A DNA stretch of 64,000 nt from positions 4,285 to 68,284 of the forward strand of contig JBMNTT010000009.1 of the NCBI GenBank assembly GCA_050945875.1, given 5' to 3'. Below are positions 54,045 to 64,000 of the stretch, piece by piece. Each line of letters starts with the position of its first letter. Within the stretch, counting starts at the first letter, position 1. The position numbers and the translations under genes were made by a program. The DNA comes from Christensenellales bacterium. Lineage in GTDB: Bacteria > Bacillota > Clostridia > Christensenellales > JBMNTT01. A model generated the notes under the pieces. That model saw only the letters and a program-made list of their open reading frames with translations. It did no database searches and had not been told where the DNA came from.

Positions 54045-54770
54045 ATGAAAGAAGGGATTGCTTTGTTCAAGCATGAAAAGCAGTTGTTCCACCCGGTAGC
54101 CGTGGAGAAACCCAACGGCCAGTACGCCGTGTTGCTGCAGGAGCAGCTCGGCGGCGGTAATGGCGAGCTCAAGGCCGCGATGCAGTACATCAGCCAGAGC
54201 TTCCGCATCAAAGATCCCACCATCAAAGATCTGTTTTTGGACATCGGCGCGGAGGAGCTGGGCCACATGGAGATGGTGGCCCAGACCATCAACCTGCTCA
54301 ACGGCCACGACGTGGACTATACCCAGGTCGACGCCGGCAATGTGCAGGCCCATGTCATCACCGGTCTGAACCCCGGCCTCATCAACGCCTCGGGCTATTC
54401 CTGGACCGCGGACTATGTCACCGTAACCGGCGACCTGTGCGCCGATCTGATGAGCAACATCGCCTCCGAGCAGCGCGCCAAGGTGGTCTACGAGTACCTC
54501 TACCGCCAGATCGAGGACAAGAAGGTCCGGGAGACCATCGACTTCCTGCTCAACCGCGAGGAAGCGCACAACGCCCTGTTCCAGGAGGCCTTCCGCAAGG
54601 TGCAGGACACCGGCTCCAACCGCGATTTCGGCGTGACGGGCGACTCGCTCTTTTACGCCAACATGTCCACCCCCTCGCCGGAGGAGCATTTCGATCGCTC
54701 CCCGGGCAACGCCCCCCGATTCGAGACCCCCAAGGAGAAGGATCGCGAGTTCTCCCTCCCCCGCCGGTAA
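54045..54770 (+). CDS. manganese catalase family protein (CotJC-like)
   Basis: LQEQLGGGNGELKAAMQYISQSF...GAEELGHMEMV is di-Mn catalase ligand spacing. An in-frame TTG at 54063 would give the canonical MFKHEK N-terminus. Confidence 0.85.
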   Translation: MKEGIALFKHEKQLFHPVAVEKPNGQYAVLLQEQLGGGNGELKAAMQYISQSFRIKDPTIKDLFLDIGAEELGHMEMVAQTINLLNGHDVDYTQVDAGNVQAHVITGLNPGLINASGYSWTADYVTVTGDLCADLMSNIASEQRAKVVYEYLYRQIEDKKVRETIDFLLNREEAHNALFQEAFRKVQDTGSNRDFGVTGDSLFYANMSTPSPEEHFDRSPGNAPRFETPKEKDREFSLPRR

Positions 54771-54788
54771 CCCTTTCATGCCATTGCC

Positions 54789-54822
54789 AAAAGGCGACGG
54801 AACAAAGTTCCGTCGCCTTTTG
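54789..54822. terminator. bidirectional intrinsic terminator
   Basis: AAGGCGACGGAAC-AAA-GTTCCGTCGCCTTTT between the convergent catalase and collagen-like genes. Confidence 0.7.
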
Positions 54823-54830
54823 CGTTTGCA

Positions 54831-56195
<1,365 letters not shown>

Positions 56196-57308
56196 TTATG
56201 CGTCAGGGGTTGGGTTGGTTCGTTCCCGCGCGCAGGGGGACTTTCTGCATTGCTCGAAATAGGCGCGGTTATAGGCCACGCTGGTGGATTCGGGCCGAAT
56301 GGCCGCGGCCAGCTCATTGTAGCGCTCGGCCTCCTGTCGGTGCCCCAACCGGTCATGGCAGACACACAATTGTAGGTAGGGGATATAGTCGTGGCAATCA
56401 GGCGTGTCAAACCCACCGCCGCTGACCCGGGGGCAGGCGATCGCCAGCTCATACCAAAACACCGCCATCTCCAACTGTCCCTGGTCGAGCCAGTTTTTCC
56501 CGAGCTGGCAGCAAACCTCCGCCCGGGGCGGGGCGTAGAGAAAGGTGCGCAGCAGCATCCGCTGCGCCAGGTCGGTCTTGCCATAGTGCTCATAGCAGCC
56601 GGCCAGCAGCCGACAGGCCCCGATCTCATCCTCCACATACCCGGCCCCGCCTTCCAGGTATGCCTTCAGCTGCTCCATGGCCTCGGCATAGCGCTGATGG
56701 TCCATCAACTCGCGCCCATAGTAATATTGCTCTCGCGGGTTGAGCTGACCGCCCCGCTTGCGGATTCCCTCGAAGATGCGCAGGTTGCGGTCCGGATCGG
56801 TCACTCGCTCCTTGCGGTGGGTGATGGCGATATCCCGATAGACCACACGCCCCGACGGGGTGATCGCCTCATGGATCGCCCCCTGCCAGCGGAACCCCCG
56901 ATGATTCTTGATCAATCGCTCCCGCCAATAGCGCATGCCCGGGCGGCCGTTTTCGTCCACCGCGATGTGGTAGTTCATCATCACCACATCCTCCTGCCCG
57001 GTCAGTTCACGTTTCAGGCGGGCCAGGGCCTCCCGGTCCGGCGGCAGCACCACGTCGTCCGCGTCCAGCCACAGGATGTAATCGCACCGCGCCTTGTCAA
57101 AGGCCGCGTTGCGCGCGGCGGCGAAGTCGTCGATCCAAGTGAAGTCGTACACCCGCTCGGTGTACTGCCGGGCGATTTGTTTGGTGGCGTCGGTGGAGCC
57201 GGTGTCCACGATGACGATCTCATCGACCACGTCCTTGACGCTGTCCAGGCATCGGCCCAGCACCTCGGCCTCATTTTTGACGATCATACACAGACTGATT
57301 GACTGCAT
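56196..57308 (-). CDS. family 2 glycosyltransferase with C-terminal TPR-like region
   Basis: ATG at 57308. LCMIVKNEAEVLGRCLDSV...IVIVDTGSTDATKQIA...DDFAAARNAAF...LWLDADDVV is a GT2 signature. The C-terminal half is helical-repeat-like. Confidence 0.85.
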   Translation of the reverse strand: MQSISLCMIVKNEAEVLGRCLDSVKDVVDEIVIVDTGSTDATKQIARQYTERVYDFTWIDDFAAARNAAFDKARCDYILWLDADDVVLPPDREALARLKRELTGQEDVVMMNYHIAVDENGRPGMRYWRERLIKNHRGFRWQGAIHEAITPSGRVVYRDIAITHRKERVTDPDRNLRIFEGIRKRGGQLNPREQYYYGRELMDHQRYAEAMEQLKAYLEGGAGYVEDEIGACRLLAGCYEHYGKTDLAQRMLLRTFLYAPPRAEVCCQLGKNWLDQGQLEMAVFWYELAIACPRVSGGGFDTPDCHDYIPYLQLCVCHDRLGHRQEAERYNELAAAIRPESTSVAYNRAYFEQCRKSPCARERTNPTPDA

Positions 57309-57411
57309 CTTCCTGCCTCCCCTCCCGACCAGGATATGCAGGCGCGGGCTTGCCCGCAGACAAAAAAGGACGGCGAGATGCGCTCGCCGTCCTTTTCGCG
57401 GGGAAATGGGG

Positions 57412-58002
57412 TCAGGGTGCAAAGGGAGCCATGTCCAACCGGATGAAATATCCCTGGTCGTGCTGGCAGACCGGGCACTTCTGGGGCGCCTGGGGACCCG
57501 TATGGATGTGCCCGCAGTTCAGGCACATCCAGGCGCAGCCGCTCTTCTCGGTAAAAAGCGCGCCGGTCTCCACCAAGTCCGCGAAGCGCCCGAAGCGGTC
57601 GCCGTGGGTCTTCTCGATGGCCGCGATCTGCGTGAAGGTGTTGGCGATCTGGGTGAAGCCCTCCTGCTGAGCGACCTGAGCAAAGGATGCGTACACATCC
57701 TCATACTCCTCGTACTCGTTGTGGCGGGCCATCTTCAACAGGTCCAGCAGGTTTTGGGAGATGTCCACCGGGTACTTGCCGTCCACCAGGATGTTCTCCC
57801 CGGCGCACTCGGTGAGCAGGTTGTAGAAGATCTCGGCATGCTCCTTCTCCTGGTTGGCGGTGAAGGTGAAGATGCCCTCGATGACATGGAGTTTCTCCTT
57901 CTTGGCCTGGGAGGCGGCGAAGGTGTAGCGGTTGCGCGCCTGGCTCTCGCCGGCAAAAGCGCGCATCAGGTTTTCCCGGGTTTTACTCTGAGCAAAATCC
58001 AT
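57412..58002 (-). CDS. rubrerythrin
   Basis: Di-iron four-helix-bundle motifs (ENLMRAFAGESQARNRY, EKEHAEIF) plus C-terminal rubredoxin CxxC...CxxC (CLNCGH...CPVCQH). Confidence 0.9.
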   Translation of the reverse strand: MDFAQSKTRENLMRAFAGESQARNRYTFAASQAKKEKLHVIEGIFTFTANQEKEHAEIFYNLLTECAGENILVDGKYPVDISQNLLDLLKMARHNEYEEYEDVYASFAQVAQQEGFTQIANTFTQIAAIEKTHGDRFGRFADLVETGALFTEKSGCAWMCLNCGHIHTGPQAPQKCPVCQHDQGYFIRLDMAPFAP

Positions 58003-58046
58003 CGTTGGTCAAGCCTCCTTGCTTATTTCAGTGTTAGTCTTGCCCA

Positions 58047-58934
58047 TTAGGCGCGCACCCATTCATAGCTGCCCATGGCGCCGGGTCGGCTGATCAGGGT
58101 ATTGCCCCGCTTCTCCACGCACACATCCACGGGGCTGAGCAGGGATTCCTGAATGGGCCGCATCATGCTGCCCCGATAGGGCGCCATCAGCTGCTGACCT
58201 TGCCCCTGGGGCAGCCGGACGCGCACCTGATAGCGCCCTTTTTTGACTACGCAACCCTCTGGACCCCACGAGAGTACCCGCGCGCCGTTGTAGGTCGCCA
58301 AGCGCCGCAGCTTGCCGCCGATTTTGACCACGCAGATACACCCGGTGAATCGCCTGCCCATGTAGGGAATCTCGGCCACCGACAGGGTGACCATCTCCCC
58401 CTCGCCATCCAGCTCGTTGGCCGATAGCCACAGGTACCGCGCCGGGAAGGACTTTCCCCAGTCCTTTTCGATGTAGCCGCAGCCCCCGTCGAAATCGTAG
58501 ACCTTGCCGTTGAGGGTGATGCTGCCGCTCAGACTGTGTTCCAGGCTGATCAGCCCATGTCGGCACTCCATGCCCGGCAGGAAGCGGAAAGGACCCATGA
58601 TATCCCCGCCGGCCTTGGTGAAGGGGCCGTAAAACAGCGCGCCCGTGCAGGTCAGCGCGGGGGTGTGGATGTTGAGCTCCAAACCCTGGGCAGAAAATCG
58701 ATTTTCGCCGATAGTCGCGCCCAAGCTGTGCTCCGGGGCCGAGAACTGATCCGCCGGGTAGGGAATATGGTAGGACGCCTCCGGGGTGACGATCTGCACG
58801 AAAGCGCCCTGCTGGCCCAGGGCGTCCACATGATAGCCAAAGATGCACGCAAACGCCTGCCCTGCCCGCTGATGCTTCAGATACCAGCCCTCGAAATAAC
58901 CCGCGCCCTTGTGTCGTCCGTGAAAGTTTTTCAT
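58047..58934 (-). CDS. tocopherol-cyclase-like family protein (function unknown in bacteria)
   Basis: ATG at 58934 after GAGGAGG. N-terminus HGRHKGAGYFEGWYLKH and YIEKDWGKSFP resemble the Tocopherol_cycl domain pattern as I recall it. Confidence 0.55.
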   Translation of the reverse strand: MKNFHGRHKGAGYFEGWYLKHQRAGQAFACIFGYHVDALGQQGAFVQIVTPEASYHIPYPADQFSAPEHSLGATIGENRFSAQGLELNIHTPALTCTGALFYGPFTKAGGDIMGPFRFLPGMECRHGLISLEHSLSGSITLNGKVYDFDGGCGYIEKDWGKSFPARYLWLSANELDGEGEMVTLSVAEIPYMGRRFTGCICVVKIGGKLRRLATYNGARVLSWGPEGCVVKKGRYQVRVRLPQGQGQQLMAPYRGSMMRPIQESLLSPVDVCVEKRGNTLISRPGAMGSYEWVRA

Positions 58935-59090
58935 CTGCCTGCCTCCTCGCCGCGCTGCGGGCGCGCCGTAGAACGCGCCCTTCATGGGTGCTAGGATGGC
59001 GGGTTTAGACCGATTTCATACATGTTCAACGGGCGGATACATGATTTTTCCCGGTGCGCGCACACTATCGCCCAGAAGGGAGGGATTGCC

Positions 59091-60521
59091 ATGTCCAAAT
59101 CCAACCGGCCGGAGCTGACCGGCGTGTTTAGCCAGGACGCGGCGATGTTGGACCGGGCGCTGCGGGTGGAGGACAGCTTCGACGTCATTGGGCGAAACCT
59201 GCTCATCGGCGGGCGCCAAGGTCGGCTGTATTTCATCGATGGGTTCGCCAAGGACGAAGTAATGGAGAAAATCCTGGAGTTCCTGCTCAGCGCCGATCCG
59301 GCGGTGGTGGCTGATCAGAAGAGCGCCACGGCCTTCATCAACCGCTTCATCCCCTATGTGGAGTGCGACTCGGTCGGCGAGCCGGAGCAGATTGTCTCGT
59401 CGGTTCTCTCGGGCACCTTGGCCCTGGTGGTGGAGGGCTACACCCACGCGATCATGATCGACGCGCGGACCTACCCCGCCCGCTCGGTCCAGGAACCCGA
59501 GGACGACCGGGTGCTGCGCGGCGCGCACCATGGCTTCGTCGAGACCCTGATCTTCAACACCGCCCTGATCCGGCGCTACATCCGCTCCCCCCAGCTGACC
59601 ATGGATATCACCCAGGTGGGTAAGGATTCCAAGACCGACGTGGTGCTCTGCTACCTGGCCGATCAGGTGGATCGCAAGCTGCTGCGCAGCGTCAAGGAGA
59701 AGCTGGCGGCCATTGACGTGTCCGCCCTGACCATGAGCCAGGAGAGCCTGGCGGAGTGTTTGCTCAAGCCCCAGTGGTACAATCCCTTTCCCCGGGTGCG
59801 CTACACTGAGCGGCCCGACGCCGCCGCGGCGACGGTGCTGGAGGGCAATCTGCTGATCATCACCGACAATTCCCCCTCGGTCATCATCCTGCCCGCCAGC
59901 CTGCTGGATTTCGTACAGGACACCAACGATTTCTACTTTCCGCCTCTGGTGGGCAGCTATCTGCGCCTGGTGCGCATCCTCATTTTCGCCGCCACGCTGC
60001 TGATTACCCCCGTTTGGCTGCTGTTGGTCACCCATCCGGATTGGCTGCCGCCCTGGTTGGCCTTTCTCCAAGTCGAGGAGCCGGGCAGCCTGCCCATCGT
60101 CACACAGCTGATTCTCATCGAGCTGATCATCGACGCGCTCAAGCTAGCCTCCCTGAATACCCCCAGTGTGCTGAGCAACTCCTTCAGCGTGGTTGGCGCG
60201 CTGATTCTGGGAGATTTCGCCGTCAAGGCGGGCTGGTTCATCCCCGAGGTGGTGCTATACATGGCCTTTGTGGCCATCGCCAACTTCACCCAGTCCAGCT
60301 TCGAGCTGGGGTACGCCCTGAAACTTTGTCGGATGCTGCTGATCATCCTGACAGCCTGCCTGGGCGTGTGGGGACTGATCGGTGGGTTGGTGCTGATCCT
60401 GCTATGTCTGGCCACCACCCGAACCCTGTCGGGCCGCAGCTATCTCTACCCCCTGATCCCTTTCAACGCCAACGCCCTCAAGTATCTGCTGTTGCGCCCC
60501 CGGCTGCATCAACGGCCCTGA
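59091..60521 (+). CDS. GerA-family spore germination protein (GerAA/SpoVAF-like)
   Basis: ATG at 59091 after GAAGGGAGGG. DARTYPARSVQEPEDDRVLRGAHHGFVETL and RVRYTERPD motifs plus a C-terminal multi-TM region are typical of the GerA family. Confidence 0.85.
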   Translation: MSKSNRPELTGVFSQDAAMLDRALRVEDSFDVIGRNLLIGGRQGRLYFIDGFAKDEVMEKILEFLLSADPAVVADQKSATAFINRFIPYVECDSVGEPEQIVSSVLSGTLALVVEGYTHAIMIDARTYPARSVQEPEDDRVLRGAHHGFVETLIFNTALIRRYIRSPQLTMDITQVGKDSKTDVVLCYLADQVDRKLLRSVKEKLAAIDVSALTMSQESLAECLLKPQWYNPFPRVRYTERPDAAAATVLEGNLLIITDNSPSVIILPASLLDFVQDTNDFYFPPLVGSYLRLVRILIFAATLLITPVWLLLVTHPDWLPPWLAFLQVEEPGSLPIVTQLILIELIIDALKLASLNTPSVLSNSFSVVGALILGDFAVKAGWFIPEVVLYMAFVAIANFTQSSFELGYALKLCRMLLIILTACLGVWGLIGGLVLILLCLATTRTLSGRSYLYPLIPFNANALKYLLLRPRLHQRP

Positions 60522-60561
60522 TGAGAAGAGCCCCCCGTCTTTGACGGAGGGCTCTGGGTTT

Positions 60562-61389
60562 TCAGAGGATCACCAGCTGAGGGCTTCCCTTCTCCCGGGA
60601 GGCTTTCATCGCCCTCTCCAGCTGCTGGAGCATCTGCTGGTCGTCAAGCTGTCCAGTGTGCATGGGCAGCGCGCCGACCCACATGGCCACGGGGATGGAC
60701 TGGCCCTCGTGGTTGACGCACTGACCGTTTTGCGCCAGGATGGTCTCCCCCAGCGCTCGGACCGCTTCGGGATCGGTCAACCCGGTGGCCAAGGCGAACT
60801 CATCCCCGCCGATGCGAAAGAGGGTCATCTCCTCGCTGGCGGCGCTGTCGATGCGGTGCAGGCATTCGCGGATGACGAGATCCCCCGCCTCGCGGCCGAG
60901 GTTCAGGTTGACGGCGTGCAGGCCGTGGATGTCAAAGCAGATAACATAGGTCCCATCCATCTGCCGGATGGTATCATAGAGCTTATCAAGTTCGGCTGTT
61001 TTGCGCATGATCGGTACACCCTCCTGTGATGGAATTTGTCGGATACGGGGAAAGAGCCCCGCAAACTTCCAGTGATCCTTGAAGACCGAGGGCTTAACGC
61101 CCCACAGTTTGACGAACGCCCGGGTGAAGACCTCCGGCGCGCTGTACTGGTAGCGCAGGGCGATCTGGGTCACCGTCAGGTCCGTGTTGAGCAGGTCATG
61201 GGCGGCCATGGTCAGCCGCCGCTTGGACAGGTACTCCTTCACGGACACATGGACCGCATAGCGCAGCAGCTTCTGCAGGCTTGAGAGCGAGCAGTAGCAC
61301 GCCGCGGCGATGTCCTCCTGGGTGATGGGATCGGTCAGGTGGTCTTCCATGAAGTCCAGCGCCTGCACCAGCACATAGAAGTTTTTCAT
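60562..61389 (-). CDS. AraC-family HTH domain fused to a short GGDEF domain
   Basis: N-terminal HTH_18/AraC (ITQEDIAAACYCSLSSLQKLLRY...VTQIALRYQYSAPEVFTRAFVKLWG). C-terminal ~140 aa carry FDIHGLHAVNLNLGREAGD...LFRIGGDEFAL. Confidence 0.8.
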   Translation of the reverse strand: MKNFYVLVQALDFMEDHLTDPITQEDIAAACYCSLSSLQKLLRYAVHVSVKEYLSKRRLTMAAHDLLNTDLTVTQIALRYQYSAPEVFTRAFVKLWGVKPSVFKDHWKFAGLFPRIRQIPSQEGVPIMRKTAELDKLYDTIRQMDGTYVICFDIHGLHAVNLNLGREAGDLVIRECLHRIDSAASEEMTLFRIGGDEFALATGLTDPEAVRALGETILAQNGQCVNHEGQSIPVAMWVGALPMHTGQLDDQQMLQQLERAMKASREKGSPQLVIL

Positions 61390-61480
61390 CTCGGGCGTTC
61401 ACCCCCTCTGTCAGGTCGTAATCGCGAGTACAGCTCCATTCTACAGGATTGCGTCGACGCCCGCTTGATCTTTTGAGCAC

Positions 61481-61517
61481 AAAAAGAGCCGTTCCGCACG
61501 GCGAAACGGCTCTTTTG
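61481..61517 (-). terminator. intrinsic terminator of the lipoprotein gene
   Basis: AAGAGCCGTT ... AACGGCTCTT arms. On the minus strand they are followed by TTTTTGTG. Confidence 0.65.
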
Positions 61518-61528
61518 CGCTGATACGC

Positions 61529-61897
61529 TTACTGCTTGGTGAAGATCAGGGTAGCGCCGCCGGCGTCGATTTTGATCTCGTTGCCGGAGATGGTGCCGGT
61601 CATCTCCTGACCGTTCTCGGACATGGTGATGGTGTCGCCATCGATCTTGTAAGAGCCGCTGCCCTGCTCGCCGTTGAAGTTGGCGGTGAACTTGCCGCCC
61701 TTGAACTCCATGGTCATGTCGGCGTTAACGCCAAGCTGAGACAGCTGATCCAAGCTCACGGTGATGCCCTGGGCCTCGCCGCTGGTCAGCTTCCAGGTGC
61801 CGGTCGCCGCATCGGTGCCACCACCGGCGCAGGCGGTCATCATCATCGCCACGATCAGCAGCACGCTGATCAGCAGGGTCGTCTGGGTCTTCTTCAT
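61529..61897 (-). CDS. small lipoprotein (lipocalin-like)
   Basis: Signal peptide with lipobox MMMTACAGG. 122 aa beta-rich sequence (GTWKLTSGE...). Confidence 0.7.
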   Translation of the reverse strand: MKKTQTTLLISVLLIVAMMMTACAGGGTDAATGTWKLTSGEAQGITVSLDQLSQLGVNADMTMEFKGGKFTANFNGEQGSGSYKIDGDTITMSENGQEMTGTISGNEIKIDAGGATLIFTKQ

Positions 61898-62010
61898 GAT
61901 CTTCTCTCCTCTTTCACATGATGTCTGTAGGGACCTTCCCTATCATAACACAAAAAAAGAATTTGGGAAGGGGCAAAATTGCTTTTCCTGGTTCATTTTG
62001 AGAAACCCGC

Positions 62011-62038
62011 AAAAATGCCGCGCTTTTGTGAGCGCGGC
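62011..62038 (-). terminator. intrinsic terminator
   Basis: GCCGCGCT-TTTGTG-AGCGCGGC hairpin, followed on the minus strand by ATTTTTG, 7 nt after the stop at 62045. Confidence 0.55.
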
Positions 62039-62044
62039 GCAGGA

Positions 62045-62938
62045 TCATTTCGTTGCGTAAGCCGGATCCAGTTTCTTCAGTTCGCGGTACGTGTCGATCT
62101 CGATGATGTCCTCAAAGGTGCACGGCCGCACCGCCACCTTGTAGGCTTTGACGAAGTACTCCAGGGCAACCTGATCCCAGTAGCGCTCGTGTCCCCCGGG
62201 CATGTTGTAGACCTGCTCGATGTGCTGGCCCAGGCGCGCGCCATCCTCCTCGGTCCAGTAGGAGATGCCGAACATATGATAGCAGTTCGTGCCCCCCACG
62301 TGCAGCCGGGTGATATAGCCCCCGCTGGTGTCGAAGCACCAGTCGTCGGTCGTTTCCACCGGCACGCCCAGGTAGTTGGAGCTGTACTGATACTTGGTCA
62401 CCAGCGCGGGGTTGTAGAGCATCAGATCCGCCTCGAACACATAGGCTCCGGGCAGCCGATAGCGGGCGCAGAGCATCGAGGAGATGTTGTTGGACTCGTT
62501 GTAGGCGGGGTTCTCGATGAACTTGATCATCGGATACTTGTAGAGCAGCTGATCAAACTGCTCGGCCAGATAGCCGCGAACCAGATAGATCTCATCGATG
62601 CCCGCGGCGATCACCGCATCGAGCAAGGTGTCGATGATGCGCACGCCGTTGACCCGCACCAAGGGTTTGGGGGTGTTCAGGGTGATGGGAACCAAGCGGG
62701 AGCCAAACCCCGCGGCGATAAAGATCGCCCGCTTGACCCGATAGGGCTCCAGGGCCTTCAGGCCCGCGTCGGTGATGCGGCTCTGGTGCACATAGCCCAG
62801 CTGGCCAAGCTCATTGAGGGTTTTGTTGACCGTACCCAAGCTGCGGCCCAGGGAGTCGGCCAGCTCGCGCTGGGTCATGGGATCGCGCTGCCGCTCCAGG
62901 CAGCAGAGCAGATCGAATTGATTTCGGGTTATCTGCAT
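62045..62938 (-). CDS. winged-helix domain fused to sugar-phosphate/phosphocholine nucleotidyltransferase (LicC-like)
   Basis: N-terminal wHTH (MTQRELADSLGRSLGTVNKTLNELGQLGYV), then NTP_transferase motif AIFIAAGFGSRLVPITLNTPKPLV. Confidence 0.75.
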   Translation of the reverse strand: MQITRNQFDLLCCLERQRDPMTQRELADSLGRSLGTVNKTLNELGQLGYVHQSRITDAGLKALEPYRVKRAIFIAAGFGSRLVPITLNTPKPLVRVNGVRIIDTLLDAVIAAGIDEIYLVRGYLAEQFDQLLYKYPMIKFIENPAYNESNNISSMLCARYRLPGAYVFEADLMLYNPALVTKYQYSSNYLGVPVETTDDWCFDTSGGYITRLHVGGTNCYHMFGISYWTEEDGARLGQHIEQVYNMPGGHERYWDQVALEYFVKAYKVAVRPCTFEDIIEIDTYRELKKLDPAYATK

Positions 62939-62941
62939 GGC

Positions 62942-64000
62942 TCATCCTTCTCTTTTCACGTAATGTCGTTTGTACAGATACACGCCGCCCTTGATCAACA
63001 GGTTGACCGCCAAGATGATCAGCGATACGAACGCCGCGCACTCGAGCATCATCTGGGCCTCAAAGGAGGTGATCATCAGGGCGATGGGCTGAATCGCCGC
63101 CGTGGACAGGAAGCTGACCGCCGAGATGGTCATCATCGAGTTGACGAAGAAGTAGGAAAACATCTCCGCCATGGTCATGCGCGACTGGGGCAACAACACG
63201 TCCAGCACGATGCGCAGCCGGCTGATGCCCATGGCCGATCCAACCGCCTCGAGGTTGCCGTTGAGCTTGCCCAAGGTATTGTACATCATCAGATAAGGAG
63301 ATGCAAAAAAATGCATTAGGTTGACCAGAATCAGGATCGCCATCGTCCCGTAGATCCAGGAGCCCTTAAAAAACAGCACATAGGATAGGCCCAGAACCAG
63401 GCCCGGGATCGCCAGGGAGGTGATGCTCATCAGGTGCAGCGCCTTGGCGGCCTTGGTGCGGGTGCGGGCGGTCAGGTACGCGGTGACGAAGGCCACGATC
63501 ACGCCGACCACCGCCACCCCCAGGGAGATCAGCAGGGAGTTGACCAGATAGTCGCCCGCGTGCATCGAGAAAGCGCGGGTGATATTGTCCAGGGTGGGCG
63601 TCATGTTCAAAGGATACTTCTTCACGAAGGTCAGCAGCGCAAACGCCGCGATGGGCAGCAGTACAAACAGGCTGACCAGGATACAGATGACATAGCACAC
63701 TGCATCCCGCCACCCGTTCTTGGCGATTTCAAAGGGCTTGATGACGAAGGAGGCGTTGCCCCGGTCCCGATTCAGGGTATCGACCAGGAACGCCACGAAC
63801 GCCGGCAGCAACAGCACCAGGCCGATAACGCTGCCCTTGCCAAAGTCCAGCAGGCCGATGACGTCCTGATACATGACCACGGGCAGGGTGGTATACTGCC
63901 CACCCACCAGCAGCGGCACGCCATAATCGGTGACGATCATCGTGAAGGTCGCGAAGATCACCGAAATCATGGGCTTGCGCAGATAGGGCAGGGTGATAGC
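62942..64000 (-). CDS. ABC transporter permease (iron(III)/phosphonate-type, two-domain), 5' end outside window
   Basis: Multi-TM sequence with EAA-like loop (LEAVGSAMGISRLRIVLDVLLPQS). The frame is open to the window end. The stop lies 3 nt before the next start. Confidence 0.8.
   Translation of the reverse strand, partial: AITLPYLRKPMISVIFATFTMIVTDYGVPLLVGGQYTTLPVVMYQDVIGLLDFGKGSVIGLVLLLPAFVAFLVDTLNRDRGNASFVIKPFEIAKNGWRDAVCYVICILVSLFVLLPIAAFALLTFVKKYPLNMTPTLDNITRAFSMHAGDYLVNSLLISLGVAVVGVIVAFVTAYLTARTRTKAAKALHLMSITSLAIPGLVLGLSYVLFFKGSWIYGTMAILILVNLMHFFASPYLMMYNTLGKLNGNLEAVGSAMGISRLRIVLDVLLPQSRMTMAEMFSYFFVNSMMTISAVSFLSTAAIQPIALMITSFEAQMMLECAAFVSLIILAVNLLIKGGVYLYKRHYVKREG

Overview
High-GC Firmicutes/Clostridia-like chromosome from an endospore former (bofA, a GerA/SpoVAF-family gene, a Mn-catalase/CotJC-like gene, a collagen-like GXT-repeat protein). 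Because of the GC content, many long ORFs in the six-frame track are antisense artefacts. I call about 50 genes.

- 1-10 kb, housekeeping: the classical Firmicute block dnaX-ybaB-recR-bofA, a GH29 fucosidase, an esterase, and a Thr T-box leader in front of thrS.
- 10-17 kb: homocysteine methyltransferase, a MarR-controlled operon with an alcohol dehydrogenase and an aldehyde dehydrogenase, and an amino-acid ABC transporter.
- 17-24 kb, glycan-degradation cluster: GH43, an FAD oxidoreductase, a GH140/DUF4038-like protein and a PHP hydrolase.
- 24-33 kb: a VanW protein, GNAT, a HelD-like helicase, a URO-D-family protein, secG and rnr.
- 33.5-45 kb, minus-strand signalling operon: composite REC/GGDEF/EAL regulator, Hpt, two hybrid histidine kinases, and a solute-binding protein.
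- 45.6-51.3 kb, accessory-looking segment: tRNA-Leu(UAA), a 1497-aa wall-anchored repeat protein, and directly upstream of it a small serine recombinase in an AT-rich patch with a strong outward-facing promoter and repeated short motifs. This is my top candidate, a possible Hin-like phase switch. It is a hypothesis only.
- 51-64 kb: ABC exporter, split TSUP permease, a spore-surface-like locus (Mn catalase, a collagen-like protein with an unusual Cys-Pro lattice, a GT2-TPR glycosyltransferase, rubrerythrin, a tocopherol-cyclase-like protein, a GerA-family protein), an AraC-GGDEF fusion, a lipoprotein, a wHTH-nucleotidyltransferase, and a partial ABC permease.

No CRISPR array, rRNA or recognisable transposase was seen.
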